Source: Ptychomitrium polyphyllum
Lineage: Eukaryota
Direction: 5' to 3'
NCBI GenBank assembly: GCA_973851085.1
Contig: OZ316776.1
Span: 13,454,001-13,518,000, forward strand
Length of the DNA: 64,000 bases
The notes beneath the pieces are model-generated. The model was not told the DNA's origin. It worked only from the letters and a program-made list of their open reading frames with translations, and searched no databases. Made by a program: the position numbers and the translations under genes. Below, piece by piece: positions 48,901 through 63,818 of the stretch (within the stretch, counting starts at the first letter, position 1; the number at the start of each line of letters is the position of its first letter).

Positions 48901-51900
48901 ATTTGAATGTTTGTATTTCTTATATTCTATAATTGTTTCCATGGAAGCATATGGGAAGTGTATGAATATTGCCTTACAATTTAGTAGAAGCAACAATGTC
49001 CCTTATAAAAGTTATAGTAGAGGCAACTTCCCAATTCATTAATTAGTTACTACAAGATAGGTTTATTAAACTTATAAAGAGGTTATTTCATGGATTTACT
49101 TTTTTTCAAATATAAGGTAGAAAATCCATGAATTCTTACATACGAATTCTTCATTCCATTAAAAGTGAATTAAAGACATTATATATTGTGTAATTTATAT
49201 TGGAAGGAGCACAAAATTTGATAATAATGAAATTCAAACTTCAATAAATCCTCAAACTTCTATTTTATTCCCAAGTATATATATATTTTTAAAATAAAAA
49301 GCATGTGAATTGTATGTTTAAAATTAAGTGTTGAATATAATTTTACAAAATGTTAACGACTTTTGGTAGATTTCCCCGAGCATGAAGGCATGGGGGTAGT
49401 GCAAGGAAGACATAGATAATTTGTAATAGGAACGAAGTATGTTTTTAGGATCTACATTTGTTTTGGAAAGTTGTTCATTTTGAAATAACAAGTTGTAGAG
49501 TTAATTAAATGCTATTGGTTGATTTACTTGTAGGTTTGAACCCATATTGAATGGTTTTGAAGCTCAATACTAGGTTTAGAAAATAGCTCAATTTCTATCT
49601 AGGAACAAACTGTGCTCATGTCTGAATCATCTACTAAATCTCAATGATTTTTCAGATTCTTGTTTATCACTTCAGACACATGGCACCTTCCTTTGAGAAG
49701 TAACCATAGTACATGTGGTGAATTTCTCAAATCAAGTTGAAGGAACTCTCTTACCGGCTTGGATGGGTAATCAAATATGCAATGTTCTTCTTCTTCTTCC
49801 GAATTCGACTCATCAGCAGTGAAGTCATGAAAAGGGTCCTTTGGGACAAGCTGTTCATATGAACAGTGCAAATATATTTTCATTCCAGACCTCAATTTAC
49901 TGACATAGAGACGTAACTCAACTTTACTGTAGTAGCACAGGAATGGTTAGTAGAGCTTTACCACCAATTCAGACGGCAGATGCTGCAAATCAGACAGTAA
50001 TCAATCTGAGCAGCAGATCAACTAATAAAACAGGGGACAAGGTGTGAAATTTACAACTTCTGAGAAAACTTGTTTGCAAAACTTCTCGCCTTCTTTCCGT
50101 TTCTCATCCTCTTCAGCTTTCAATACTTCCTTGGACAGTTCCTAACAGAAGATATATGAAGACACATTAACTAACTACACCAAAGGGGTGACTCATGTCA
50201 GAATCCCCCACTATTTGACTCAAATGTGAATATTGTCAATATAAAAACAAATACCACCATACATTATATGATATTTCATTTCTTGACATAACTCTTTATA
50301 CTTTGTTTACTTAAATTCCATCCAATTTATTTGTACTCTTTTGTGATTAATGTCTAAATATTTCTTTACAAACCACCTCTTATTAAAGGGTTTAGGGTTT
50401 AGAGTTTAGGGTTTAAATTTAGGAATTAGGGTTTAGAGAATCAAAAAATGTGAGTTTATAATGTACATGAAATAACTTCTTCTAGCTAAATGTACTATGA
50501 TTTGAAGTTTGTAAATATTGAGTACATTATAAAAATCAAATTATTAAAATTACTTTTAGTAACCTATATAAGGTATTTTAAACGGGATTTGAAATAAAAT
50601 AACAATATCAAAAATCTTGCACAAAGTTTGTTATCATAACATTATTAAATTTCCAAATGCTTGCACTTAATGAAGCATTTTTATATAATTGCACTCTCCA
50701 AAACAAAGCCTTTGAATAGTAAATGAATGTATCTTTGCATTAACCACATTTCAGTTTCACCATTTATTTTCTTTTAATGTCATAGCATCTCTAGTTTATA
50801 TTAATATATATTTTAAAAAAAATGTGACAAATGCAAATCCCATTAAAATGTACATTATCATATGTCAAAATGACCATTCAATTATCCAAGTATAAAATAG
50901 AATATTTTAAAATATTCCTTTCTTCTTCTCACTTTTTTTTAAATTTTTTTAAATTAAAATAAATAAATTTATTACATGTGTTTTTAGCCTAAATTACTGG
51001 TGCAAGAAGGAAATTAAACTTATAATAAAATCAAGTAATAATGTGCATCTAGATTGATATTTAACTTTAATTGAAATGATACACCATTTTGAGTGATACA
51101 AGTTGAACTTAAATAAATCACATGTACAATTAGTACCATGTGCTCAATACATGAAATTGGGTATGAATTATTATTGAAATGAATGATATAACCTTTGAAC
51201 TTGAATATGATTGAACACAATAAATTGACAAATTGAACCTTTTTTCAGAAGATTTAAATTAATATCTTCATAAGTATTATGTCCATTTAATTATGTTCTA
51301 TAAATAAGCAACATTCCAACACTATTGGAACCACACTATATCAAAGTTTATCATTATTGGTATGAATCCAATCATTTTTATCCAAAATTATTTCTGGTTT
51401 TAAATGGTGCATAAATTTCAATAACAGTTAAAGATTTAAAAAATTAATTAAAAGAATTCATATTCAAAGATCATCCTATTAATTTCTCCAATGGCCTGAT
51501 CACCAATTTTTTTAAGATATGAAGTAAAAAGTTTACAGTCTTTATTTTCCAAAAAATCATTTAGCACACTGAATTTTATTTGCTTTATGTTTAATATACA
51601 AATTCAGAAGTTCAAAAAATGTGATGAGATCATTTCAGGTTATTTATGTAAAAAAAATTCACAATTAACTTTTTTTATAAAGAATAATATATAAATACTC
51701 CAAAAAGACAATGCATATATAAATATATGCAAGTATTTCAGAAGTATAGTTCCTTTGCCAAATCTATGATAGCATTTCCAATTCATTTCCATTATGCTTA
51801 AAATGAAAACATTTATACTTATAGAAAATGCTACTTTTCTTAGATCCAATGAATTGTTTCAAAGAGATTTTGTTGCAATCTATTCCACATTATTCTAGTA

Positions 51901-54900
51901 TTACATAGTTGAATTTTAATGAAAAAAATTAATTCCCAGCTAAAATTGTAACTACTACTTCCATAGATCAACTCTTCCATGTCACCTAAGAGTGTTGTGA
52001 TATCTAAGACTATAATTTGTGAAAATTAAAATTTCTCTAAAATCTACATTTTTGTTTGTAATTTAAAATTTAAGACAATTTTCCAAAAGTTTTGTCAACT
52101 AGGAACCTGCTATGTGACTACAATACTTTGTTATTTATGAGCATGTTATTATATTCATCTTTTATATGCTTTTGTTTTCAAGACAATTTGAAGTCTTTTA
52201 ATGTCTATTAAGTTTAATCAATTATTTGAGATAGAAGTAGAATAAAATTGTATGGTTATTTATAAATTCTTTGATGTGCAAAGAATGAGAATAAAACATT
52301 ATGTATTAAATATTGTATATTGAATATTGGATTTATTGATGGCATAAATGTTAAAATAGAAATGAAATGCTTTTGGTAGCATTCTTGCAAAACAAAAGGT
52401 TTTGAAACCTAAATCATTTTATAATAAAATGTTCAAATACTTTGAAATGATTTCAGTTGTTTATTTCAACAATTAAACTAAATTTGAAATGCAAACAACT
52501 TTATCTAAAATCAAGCATTCAATGAACAAAATGTGGTTTTCTAGTGTTTCAAGCATTAAATGAACAAACTGTGGTTCTTTAGTGTTTCAAGCATTGAATG
52601 AACAAAATGTGGTCTTTTAGTATTTTAAGCATGCAAGCTCACAAAATTTGTTTTAATATTAGATTCAAAGCATATTCAATATATTAAAAATATAATTTCC
52701 TAAAAATATTTAAAATTTTCAAAGTATGTTTACATATTTGATTTAATTCTAAGAAGAAACTAAAACCTATGGAAGTCAATTTTATTATGGGTAATCAATA
52801 CATGGCTATTATGAATGAAAAATTTATGTTCTATGCTTTCTTCAGAGGAAAACATATACAATCTATATCCTACAATGTCTTTGAAACAATGGTTGACATT
52901 ATCGTGTTTTATTTTGAAATAAATCATAGCAAGAATTAGTCGCATTAAATTATAAGACATGTTTACATACTTTTAAAATTGAGAAGTCACAATCAAAATC
53001 AACATTGTAGAGTCTATCTAACATCTAAAAAATAACTATATAATGGACAAATTATCCTCTAGGATTTAAAGAGTAAGGATTTTGCTTGGAATCTTTGATA
53101 TGTACATTTAATGCACTTTACTCTAAATATGCCATTAATGTTTATTTATTTGTGATGACATTGGAGACCATAACAATGAAAGATTTTACTATCTCATAAT
53201 TTCAAAAAATTCTGAAACAAGTGACACACGAACAAAAATTCAAGGAACGTGTACCTCAACTTTTCCCATCATTCCTGAGAACATATTTGTCAGTTCCTTT
53301 CCCTCAGCTTCTGTCAAGTCCTGAAAATATTCATTGCTATGTATTGAGCTTTTAGGAGATGGGGGCATTGTTTCTATGGACCACCCTTTAGCTTCATTAA
53401 GTTTTTGCTGCATACCATCACAGCACAGCACCCAATTGTTAAAAAAATCCTTGTGAAAACTTAACACATGAATCCTTTCCATTTAGACAAAATGGTTTAA
53501 TTTAGTAATGTCCATGATACTATCACATTATTTCCTATAAATCATGAAAATTCTTTAGTGGCTCCTTTAATACTCTCTTTAAAGGAATTATTCCTTCATT
53601 TTGAGGTACCATTGTCAAAACCATGTTTCATTGACAATTAAGGGAGCTTAAATGTCAAGTTATTAATCTAAATCCATGCCTTTGTTCATTCATTGCTACA
53701 TATTGTCATCATCATTTATCCTTGGTTTTTCATTTTTGAAGGTGAAGATTAATTAGTTCAATAGCCAAAGAATATTATGAATGGTGAATGATCAAAAAAA
53801 TTGAGGCCAATATAGGCTCATTTTTTATTAACTAGATATAATTGAATTAAAAGGATGTCTTTGCCAAGTCATTTAAAATTTTATTAAAATAAATTACTAA
53901 TGCCAAAATTTGGCCATATTATGTTGTGTAAGATGTGATACACATACAACTAAATTTCAATAAAGACAAAATAAGATGTAGTTTTATATCCAAACCTCCA
54001 CTCCACTTCATCTATTCCTTTGGACATTTTCGATGCTCATAAATTATTTTGCACATGTTATAAAATATAATATACAGAGTTTGTTTTAAAAACCAGGTCA
54101 TAAAGATATCAATAAAACTTTAGTTGTGTGAGAATTGCATATGGCCAAATTCCACCTTAAGATGATAATTTTGCAAATTCTAATGGCAAATTGTATCAAA
54201 CAACCCATTCCTTATGTTTGAATTCACTGAATTGAGGACCTAGGAAATGAAGAAGGATGGAAACTTCTCGATACAAAGATGAACACAATCATTATTTTCT
54301 ACGAAGTAGGCAAAAGAGCATGGAGCATGGAGCATGGAGCATGGAGCATTAACAGCCAGGTGAGAAACAATTTTTGTAGGTGATGAAGTGATGGTTGCAT
54401 CTGTAAAGTAGTCAGTCATAACCTCACAAAAGTTGGAATGTAGCAGTTGATACATTTCTTCGAAGAACACACCTGGCAAATGAAAAGGTATCTCAATCCC
54501 TCTTCAGCATGAAAGAAGAGGAATCTTGCGCGGGGAAGTGGGTGGAATGGAGGCTCAGTTTGCAGCAAATCTGTAGGTTTGTGCATGCACACAAGAGGGC
54601 CTCCTTTACTCTCCACAAAGAGTCTCCAATCTTCATCAATCTCAGATTGCAGTAGACTTTGTTGTCTCGTGGCTTCAGCCGCCTTGCGCGCGGAGTGCCG
54701 CAACTTTTCACGAACCAGGCGCCTTGCATCTTGTATTTGTAGGCTTTGATGCCTTTGAGCTTTCTGTACTTCATGCTCTGCCAAATTCTACGAGGATTCA
54801 CATTTAAAGTGTTTAGAAATGTGGTTAGAATTAATGGAAAATGTCTCAACAATTGCCCAAAAATGGAAAAAGGATAAAACTGAGGAAGAAATATCACAGG

Positions 54901-57900
54901 CCACCATCTGATGATTGTACCTATCAAAAGGTGACTTGAAAATTGTCAATATTGGCCTCTCTTCTAAAAAACTAATGTAAGAAGCTTCTTTTTAAAATGA
55001 TAAATTAGATGCAATTATCAATCATGTTGTGGTGATATAAAATTTTGCTGCAATTGATTAGAATCAAATACTTGGAGTTACAAAAAGCAATGATCCAAAT
55101 TAAATACTTTTAATTTGAATGTTAAAATTTTTAAGTGGTGTAAATAATTCTAAAACTTAAAAGAAAAAAATTAGCACTCATAAATATGGATCTTAACACC
55201 AAATTAAATCAATTTTCTGAAGTTTTTAATTAACATTATGGAACTGATTGTGAAAAAGAAAAGGTCACAGGATGCAATTCAATTCGATTTCTATAATTGA
55301 ATCCAACATCAATAGATTTCTTTTGAATAATATACAGAGCAAGCTAAGTAATAAAACTTATGAAACTATATGACCAAAGTCTTAGAAATGTTTTAATCCC
55401 CAGTCTTGATTTAAGCCTAGTTAATTTAATGATATTAATAGTATAATAATTAATTAAAATTATTATATTTTTATTTTTATATGATTGTAGTGTAATGATG
55501 ATGAATATGAGCCAAGTCAGCCAAAAGTATAAATAAGATCTAAAATTTATCTTAACTCACTTTTGCTTTAGTAAGTGCAATGGTTTTTTCAGTTTCAATA
55601 TCAAAATCAGATCTTGTTTCCCAAGCTGCATCACAGTCTAGACTGTCTATATTTTCAAGTAGCCACTCTTCATATGCCTCTAATATTCTTTCAATATTAT
55701 CACATGTTTCTTCTGAAATGCTTGGATTCTCTAAAATTTGACGATAAACAAACGTAGGATTGTTTATTTCCGGAGCAAGTTGTGGTACCACAGGATTTAT
55801 TATGCGTGCCAAGTTGGGTAACATAAATTCCAATTGAAGCCAATCACAATTTGTTTGACTTCGAACTTTATTTTCTCTTTGCTTAGCTTCAAATTTTCTT
55901 GCAAATTGAGAGATTCTTCTTGTAAGCAACCATGGTGTAACTGGAAAAGATGTCTGTGTTTTTTCTTCATCTTTTAAGAGTTTGTCTAAAGACAGTTTGT
56001 TTCTATGTTCAATAGTCACAAAAGTATGCAAAATACAATCTTCATCTAGGATGACACACTTCTCATTGCTCTTACTGCAATGTTTTTTGTAAGACTTTGC
56101 AATCTCATACAAGCGATACTTTTCTTCATCCAAAATTTCATAACCATATCCTCCTTCATAAAGAACAAACAGACGAGGAAAAGGGCCTAATATTGCTGGC
56201 TTTGGAGGTTCAGAAGGAGGTGGTGTAGGTGTAGGTGTAGGTGTAGGTTTCCATGTTCCAGGTGGTTCTAAATCAAATCCATCAAATGGATCAAATGGCT
56301 TCTTTGACTGTCCTTCCTTAGTCATCAATTTAAGCCTCTTGCTTTGAGTTTCTTCATTATGAGAACTGAACATTGTTTTTGGAGGCCTTTCTGAATCACA
56401 TCCTTTAGAACCAGTAATTTTTATTTCTTCTACAATTTTGTGAAGCATTGCAACCAATCAACACATTTAAAAAAAAATAAGAGAGTTTTACTTTGAAAAA
56501 TGAATAAAAAATATAGTTTGAAAGACAATTTAAATTGATGAATTCATTAACATCTCATATTTTGACTATTGAAAATTTCAAGATTTGAAGTTAATAAGTT
56601 CATTAAGGATTTAATTTATGAGTACAAAAACATAAAATCTTGGACTTTATATTCTTTTTTATTTTTTTTATTGAAACAGCTCTTACCTTGTTTGGAAACA
56701 AATTTACAATCTTTTGCATTAATTGTAGCCAACTCTATCATTTCTTGAAACAAAGCTTTAGCTCTAATTTGAGCTAGTTCTAACATTTCTTTTTGCATTT
56801 GCAATTCTTCAGCTTCCTTTGCTAATTGACTTGCTAGCTTGCCATTGGTGATGGATTCAAATTCATGACCTCTTCCTAAGACTTTAAATCCAGTGCCCAT
56901 CTCATTTGTAAAGATTAAATTGCCTTCAATCTATAGAAAAAAAATTAGATAATATTTGAAAATATTAGTACAATGAATGGTTTAAAAGATTCATTCAATA
57001 GTATTTAAGAAAAATTAAAAGATAAATTTATAAAGTCATTCTAATTAAAATTTAGCAAATATTTACCACATCAAAAACATAAGAACCATCTGTATTTAAA
57101 AGAGGAATTTTGTTGGTATTTTCATTTGAATCTTCAATTTGTGATGAATCATTATCACTTTCAGAATCTTTAAATGTATTGCCATCAATGCCTCCAATTT
57201 GTGATGCGTCTTTGTTGCTTTTAGAACCCATGAAAGGACTGTACGTAACAGTATTTCCATTAGCACACAAAATTGCTCCTCCTGGTATTGCAAGAGTCAA
57301 AAGACAGGATTTTTTTGACCAGGTTGCTACATAATGACCATCTTCAGTTTCAAACTCAACACATGTGCCAGCTCCAACCTGTATATTTAATAACGATATT
57401 TACAGTGGTGTAACATCAATGAAAAACTTTGACTTCATATATCATTAATTTAAAATCTACCTTTCCGTGTACTTTTGCAAAGCCATCTTTGCGCACATGC
57501 CATACAACACGGTGCTCTGGTTCTTTAACAAGAGGTTCAACAGGCAGCAATGAATCATCTTCTAAAGGAGGTGTGCTATATCTTTCTCTTTGAAGTCCAG
57601 GTGGTTGAGGGGGCCACACCCAGTTAGACTTTTCTCTTGGAGCTTCACCATATCCTTCTGGAGGCCAAGTTTGAGAATGTTTCTCTTGAGCCTTAGCAAA
57701 ATCACTAAGCTTCACATCTAATTTTGTTGGTAATTCACCAAGTAAGCCTCGAAGGGGATATTTCTTTTCATAGTCTCTTGCACCTGCTATCTTCTTAAAA
57801 CTATTATCATTTTTAACAACTTCTGGTTTTAATTCCACATGATCTGCTTTACCTTCATTGATATTTTGATTTGCATCCACAATTTCCTTTGTAGTATTAC

Positions 57901-60900
57901 TTTTACCTTCTGCACTGCTTGCCTTGGGTTCATTGTTGATTAAAGCAAAGTTTTGATTCTCCTCTATTTCCTCACCTTCTTTAATAGATTCTTTATCTTT
58001 ACAAGATGTTGACCACTCACCAAAGATATGTTCAGGTGGAACAAAAACCTCTTTTGGATCTGGAGGAAATAAATCCCACACTTCACTATAAATGTGTGTA
58101 CCATCAGCATGTTGTACAAGACAAGAGTGTTGTTCTTCACAAGTTACAACAACTACCAAATCTTCCCTTGTCATAATCTCATCTTTTGTATCCTGATCAT
58201 AAAAATGAGCTACTTTTAAGTTGGGTAATTCAATAAGATTGGGTTTTGGTTCTTCGAATTCAACATCTGAAGATTTCAACACAACATCACATATCAATGG
58301 TATTTAAATTTGCTTTAATGTGAAAGCAAAACCAAGGTCTGTAAGAGATTCTTAGACTTAAAATAGAGTTCAATTAATAAAAAAATATAGACCAATTTCA
58401 AGCTTGAATGCAAGTTACAGATACTCAAAGACAAGTATATATTTTGAAAGGTAATACACAGATGTCACAATGAAACAAAAAATCTAAAATTATAAAGCTT
58501 TATAATATATGATACTAACTTGAATCAGTTGTTTCATTAAGATTTGGAGGTGTTTCTTCTTCAAATAAAAGGTCCTGCTGCAAAAATAAAATACATAACT
58601 TATGCAATAAGAATTTCTTATTATTTTTCTAATGTATAAAACCTTTTGTTGCATTAATACATTTGACCATGAATAAGCATGTTTATGAAAATCTTGATTC
58701 TATTCTAACCAATATACATTGATTTAAACACAGAAAACTTATTTTGGTGGTAGTAGATTTTTTTTTGAATTTTTCATTTATAATTCTTTTTTATGCATTC
58801 TAAATTTCTGAAATCCAAACAAGACATATTTATTTCAAATATTCTACAAATTAAAAAAACTAAACTTTGATATTCTTTAGGCTATGGTTATTGATAGGTA
58901 TTCAATCTGGTTATTGATTGGTATATCATTCAATAAGAAATAATTGGAAATACAAAGCATTATATGCAAATTTTAGATACTAATTCTAAAATTCTTAACT
59001 TTCAAAAATACCATATCTTTTAAAATATATACTTATAACTAATAATTATTAAAGATTATTTATAACATCAATTATACAAAACTTGAACACTATAGAATTA
59101 TTAAAATCCACTGTGTATATTAGATAATAGCTCTTAAATAATGAGATACTTGCTTATAAGGATATGGCATTTTACTGAAGAGAATTGTATTAAGATCAAT
59201 TGTTTTATTTTTTGTATAATGCAATAACATTTAAATTCGAAAATCACAACCAATTAATCACAAAACTTCACCTGTACTACCAAAAATCCTTCATTGTTGG
59301 CAGTTATCCAACATGCTCCCCCTTCAAAATCATTTCGCCAGTCACTTACATTTCCTTGGCGGCACAAAACCTACAATTTAAAAAAATGATTACAATTCAG
59401 GATAGAATCAGAAATTATGTGAAAGTTAGTCTTGGGAATTCTGAAACAGCTAAAATTCTTGCATAAAGGATTATTAACCTGAGCATCACCATTGTTCTTA
59501 TATCGAACAACTGTGCCTGAAGGTAAAATACAACGCCATGCTTCCAAATCACCTTTTTCTTGTAAAAGAATGTCTTTAATAGTTTGTACATTACTTGTCG
59601 TTAATTCTTTTTTATGTTCAATCCCAGTCTTTCCATCTTTTGGATCTTCCTTATGAGATCCTTTTGGACCATCTTTCTCACCACTTGCCTTCATTAATTT
59701 CCCTATTTTGGCAATTGATATCTTTTAGTTGCAGTCTGTACATTGTACTACTAAGACAATATCAAACATTGTAACGTTGTACCTTCTCACCTCCTTCTTT
59801 TTCCTGAGGCTCGGATTTTGCTCCATCTTCTTCAGGCTTGGATTTTGCATGAAGCTGAGAAGAAAACATAAGAACAATTCCTACTGAGTTGATTTCAATT
59901 GTTTTGCTTGCTAAATTGGTAATTTGCATGCTCATTGTTCCATCTGCTGCAATAAAAAAACAAACTACTAGACCATCTCTTAGAATTGCATAGACACTTT
60001 TAATTGTTGGAGATTTGGAATCATCATTTGGGCCATAGCCTCGTAGAAAAATCATGTTGCCATCCTAAAAAACATTAAACATTATACTATGCATAAGAAT
60101 CAAATTAGATTAAAGATGTTTCATTTTCTTTATCTACTTCAATATTGTAATCAAATTTTTTAAGATGATTTAAATTATTAAATAAACATTAAAAAAAAAC
60201 ATACAAACAAAATACATAATGTATCTATTACCATTAATTATTTAAAATAGAGTAATTTACTTTTATAATGGTTGTTTGAGGTTCCCATTGAATGACATTC
60301 TTTGTAGGCAAACCAGCCCATACTAGACCTTGGTCCTCAGTCATGTGGCATCTAAAACGTTCTAATATAGTAGCATCTTGTTGTTCAATGTTATAAGTTG
60401 CATGTTTAATATGAACAAGCATCGATGGTGATGGATTGTCCATATTGGCAATAAATTCACCAAATCCCATCTACAAATGATAATATTTGTATCAAATTGA
60501 ATCTGACAACTAAACTTCATTAATTGAATATTTAATATAAAGCTTTTTGTTATTATCAAAAAAACATAGCATAGTTCTTTGAATCATATTAAGAAACAAA
60601 ATTATTGGCTACTTCAAAAATAACAGCCTTTTTACTTGAGATGCAACTGTTCCTTCCCACTGATGATCCCTTTCATCTGCATACAAAGCTTCAAGAAGAC
60701 AATCTTCATTTTTATCATACCTAAATAAATTAAAAGAATCATTAATAAGAATTTCAGAATCTTAATCATTAATACCAGTTAATCAAAATTTTAACACTGC
60801 TATTGATTTAAATACCTTTGCACTTTATATGGTAAGTGAGTTCTGGCCCTGCTATAAATTTCACCAACAAAACCATTTGGAAATGGTTCGATCATTTTTC

Positions 60901-63818
60901 GATCTAAAATATTTTGAAACATTGAAAACATGTCAGATGATTTAGATGATGATATAGAAGGATCAGATTCAGGCGAGGGGGTTGGTAATCGATAAATCTT
61001 TACTCCTGGACATCCACAATCAACAACATATTCTTCCTTCTCAAGTTCGTTTTGTTGCACATTTGTAAGATCATTATCTGATTGTGATGCATCTTCTAAG
61101 TCATCATCACAATCACTCATTGGAGGAGTTTCTTGTTGAGGAGTATCGAGAATATGAAAAGCTCTTTTTTGTTCTTTTAAGAGCATTTCTAGAAACATTT
61201 TCTATATTATCAAAAGGTTGTTTTAGCTTATAGGCAAAAACATGATGAAAATGTTTATATTGTAAAATTCTTTAATTATTGTCAAAAAGATTTAAGCACT
61301 AGGTTGGATTTGATTATAATTAGCCATTTCTAATCTATTACAAGTAAAAATTTGAAATAAAACTAATTTTATAATCAAATACCAATAAACTAAATCAATC
61401 ATTTAGTTGCTATAATATTTAATCAATTTACTACTAGGAACTCACCAACTTTTGGTATCTTTTCACTGTAGCAATATTCACCGGAGTCAATGAAAATGAA
61501 GGACCATTAGGATCTTCTAGTATTTTTAAAATTATAGGTGGCCCATATATATCATCCAACTCTTTATATAAAGGATAACTTTCTTGTCCTTCTACTTGTG
61601 GTCCACCACATGCAAACATCTTTAAAGCTTCCAAACATGCATTTCTTTTTTCTTCTGATAAAATTGGAATGATGGGCATAAATGCTCGAATTTTACCTTT
61701 TTAAGTACAATTCATAGTATTTGTCAAATACGCTTATAGAATAAGTCTTAATTAAAATGTAAAATGGTTGAGATTTATATGTCAACTTTCTATATAATAT
61801 GGTATTAAATCCTTCACATACATATGTGCCTCATTATAATTGAAGCTCCCATATTAAGGCAATGCCTTTAAAGATGTACCTGGATATCTAAGCAAAGACA
61901 ACATATGCTTTTCAACCTTTACAACATCAATAGAATCCCAACATTCTGAAATTGATTGTTTTACTATTGCTTCAAGTTTTCCTACTCTGTCAAATTCATG
62001 AACAATCAACAAATGATCTTCTCCTTCTTTTGTCTTTCTAGATGATTCTTTTGATAGATTTGATATCTGACTTGCATCATCTTCAAATTCAGTTATAGCA
62101 AGTATTCTAGGATCTTGTAACATTGAACCACCTAGTTTAGAAAGTGGTTGTCCAATAATTATAGAAGCTACATTTGACAAATTTTTGTCATTTTGCATCA
62201 CAAAAGATTTATTCTTTTCAAAATTGCTAGTTACTAGTGGATTTTGTTCATTGTTTGTTTTTAAAGTTTTATATGCATGATTGTGCACCAACTTGAATGC
62301 TCCTTGTGCATCTTCAGCAACTTTTATTTCCATCTCTAAAATCTTTTGAGCAGCTTCTTCAACTTCTTTTGCTTCTCTAATTACTTGAGCTTCTATCCTT
62401 TCCATCAAATCTATAAGGATATCATATGGTTTTTTCATGCAAGAAAGACCATGGCCCAATTTTTGAAAGGTATTGGCTAATCCTTTGGCCAAATATTGAT
62501 TTTCTTTTGCAACCCCTAGAGCTTCTAGATCTTCAATTGGACATTCATAAATAGATATTTGTTCAATCATACAATGAACAATAATTGGAATACTTACAAG
62601 GTTGCATGGCACTTCATCAAGTAGTGCCTTGTAGTAGGTCATATCTACATCCTAGGAGAAAAAGTCCATTATCAACAAATTAAGCTTTTGGTAACATATT
62701 TGAAAACAAAATCCACTGATCTATTGTAATTGCACATGATTTAATGGAAAGAAAACCAGTTACCTTCATTGGTGCGGCCTCTGGAAGTGTACAGTTTTCT
62801 GTTATATTTCCTTCTAGCAAAGAAAATGCTTCAATTTGTTCTTTCAAAGATATTGTTGCTTTAATAAGGGCCTTAGCAATTTGTTCATACGGCAAGCCAC
62901 TAGTTAATCGGGTTGGACTTTTAGAAATTGTAGAAGGTGGTGCTTTACCAAGAATTGGTGCTGTTACATCTGGCTATACAATAGGTTAGACGAGTAGAAG
63001 CTTTAATTAAATGCAATGGACCATGAATGCATATGTGAAATTTTCAAAGCTCAAGGTCATTTTTTTTTTGGTAACTGGAGAACAATTATTACATTATTGT
63101 TTTTAATTATAGAAAACACTGATTTAATAATAACAAGTTTTCTAAGTTGTCTCATTTTATGCAAAAAATCTGCAATGAAACTCCATTATATTTATTAGTA
63201 CAAAAAACAATAATGCAACACATAATAACAATAAACACAATTCCTTATTTTGTCTTCAAAATACAACATCTAGTAAATCATTGATGAAGTTCCTCTACAA
63301 ATTTATTATTATGTCTCTATCCATGTTTGTATAAAATTTGAATATAGGATCAATGAAAAAGTAAGGCTTTGAATTTTTAACTGGAGGGTATGGATATTTG
63401 TGTGTACCAGATTATCGTCTTCTAGAGGCGGGTCGTCATATAAGACGTTCATTACGGGAAGCTTTTTGGATGGATGGTCTTGTTTGGAGGCTTTTGCAAG
63501 GTCAAGCAGCTCTCGTACAAATGGTGGGATAGAGACAGATTCACTGGGAATTGCAGTAGAAGGTGGTGTTCTTGGAATTTTTACTGAAGCATGCTTTCTT
63601 GGAACAAAGGTCTTATGTATTGCACCTTCTGTTTCAAGTGAAGGTAATGGCTTCTTTGCTATATTGAAAACTGCTTGAAAGATGTTTTTAACTATAACTT
63701 GTTGAACGAGAGCCGCAGCAGTACTTCCAAATCCAACACACCAGTAGATACGTGTTGTTGTCAGAGGATCATTTTTCTCAGAGTGTCCTTTTACATCCCA
63801 GTATTGGGCCACTTTCAC
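39971..63818 (-). CDS. SPAG17: SPAG17/PF6-like axonemal central-pair protein, more than 25 exons, 5' part beyond the window
   Basis: Recognised segments: YYKALLDEVPCNLVSIPIIVHCMIEQI, RYDKNEDCLL, GTVVRYKNNGDAQVLCRQGNVS, PRLFVLYEGGYGYEIL, VYRQILEN. A C-terminal PapD/Ig-like domain is split over exons 44401-44200, 44046-43948, 41262-41191 (IAPGMYVVLRVYF) and 40294-39971 (AEIMTNSDVYILTIKAFV). Most junctions checked were phase-compatible; exons around 49350-49600 and 54000 are unresolved. Confidence 0.82.
50383..50438 (+). repeat. Degenerate (TTTAGGG)n interstitial telomeric repeat in a SPAG17 intron
   Basis: ttaaagggtttagggtttagagtttagggtttaaatttaggaattagggtttagag. Confidence 0.85.
52511..52632. 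repeat. 38 bp minisatellite, about 3.2 copies
   Basis: Unit tcaagcattcaatgaacaaaatgtggttttctagtgtt repeated with few mismatches. Confidence 0.85.
54316..54349. repeat. (GAGCATG)n heptamer repeat, almost 5 copies
   Basis: gagcatggagcatggagcatggagcatggagcat seen directly. Confidence 0.9.

Noticed and set aside
52511..52632. 38 bp repeats as a CRISPR-like array
   Set aside because: Units are contiguous with no spacers and the context is eukaryotic; an ordinary minisatellite.
14633..63818. All five genes on the minus strand as a possible functional cluster
   Set aside because: Functions are unrelated, and five co-oriented genes occur by chance 1 time in 16.
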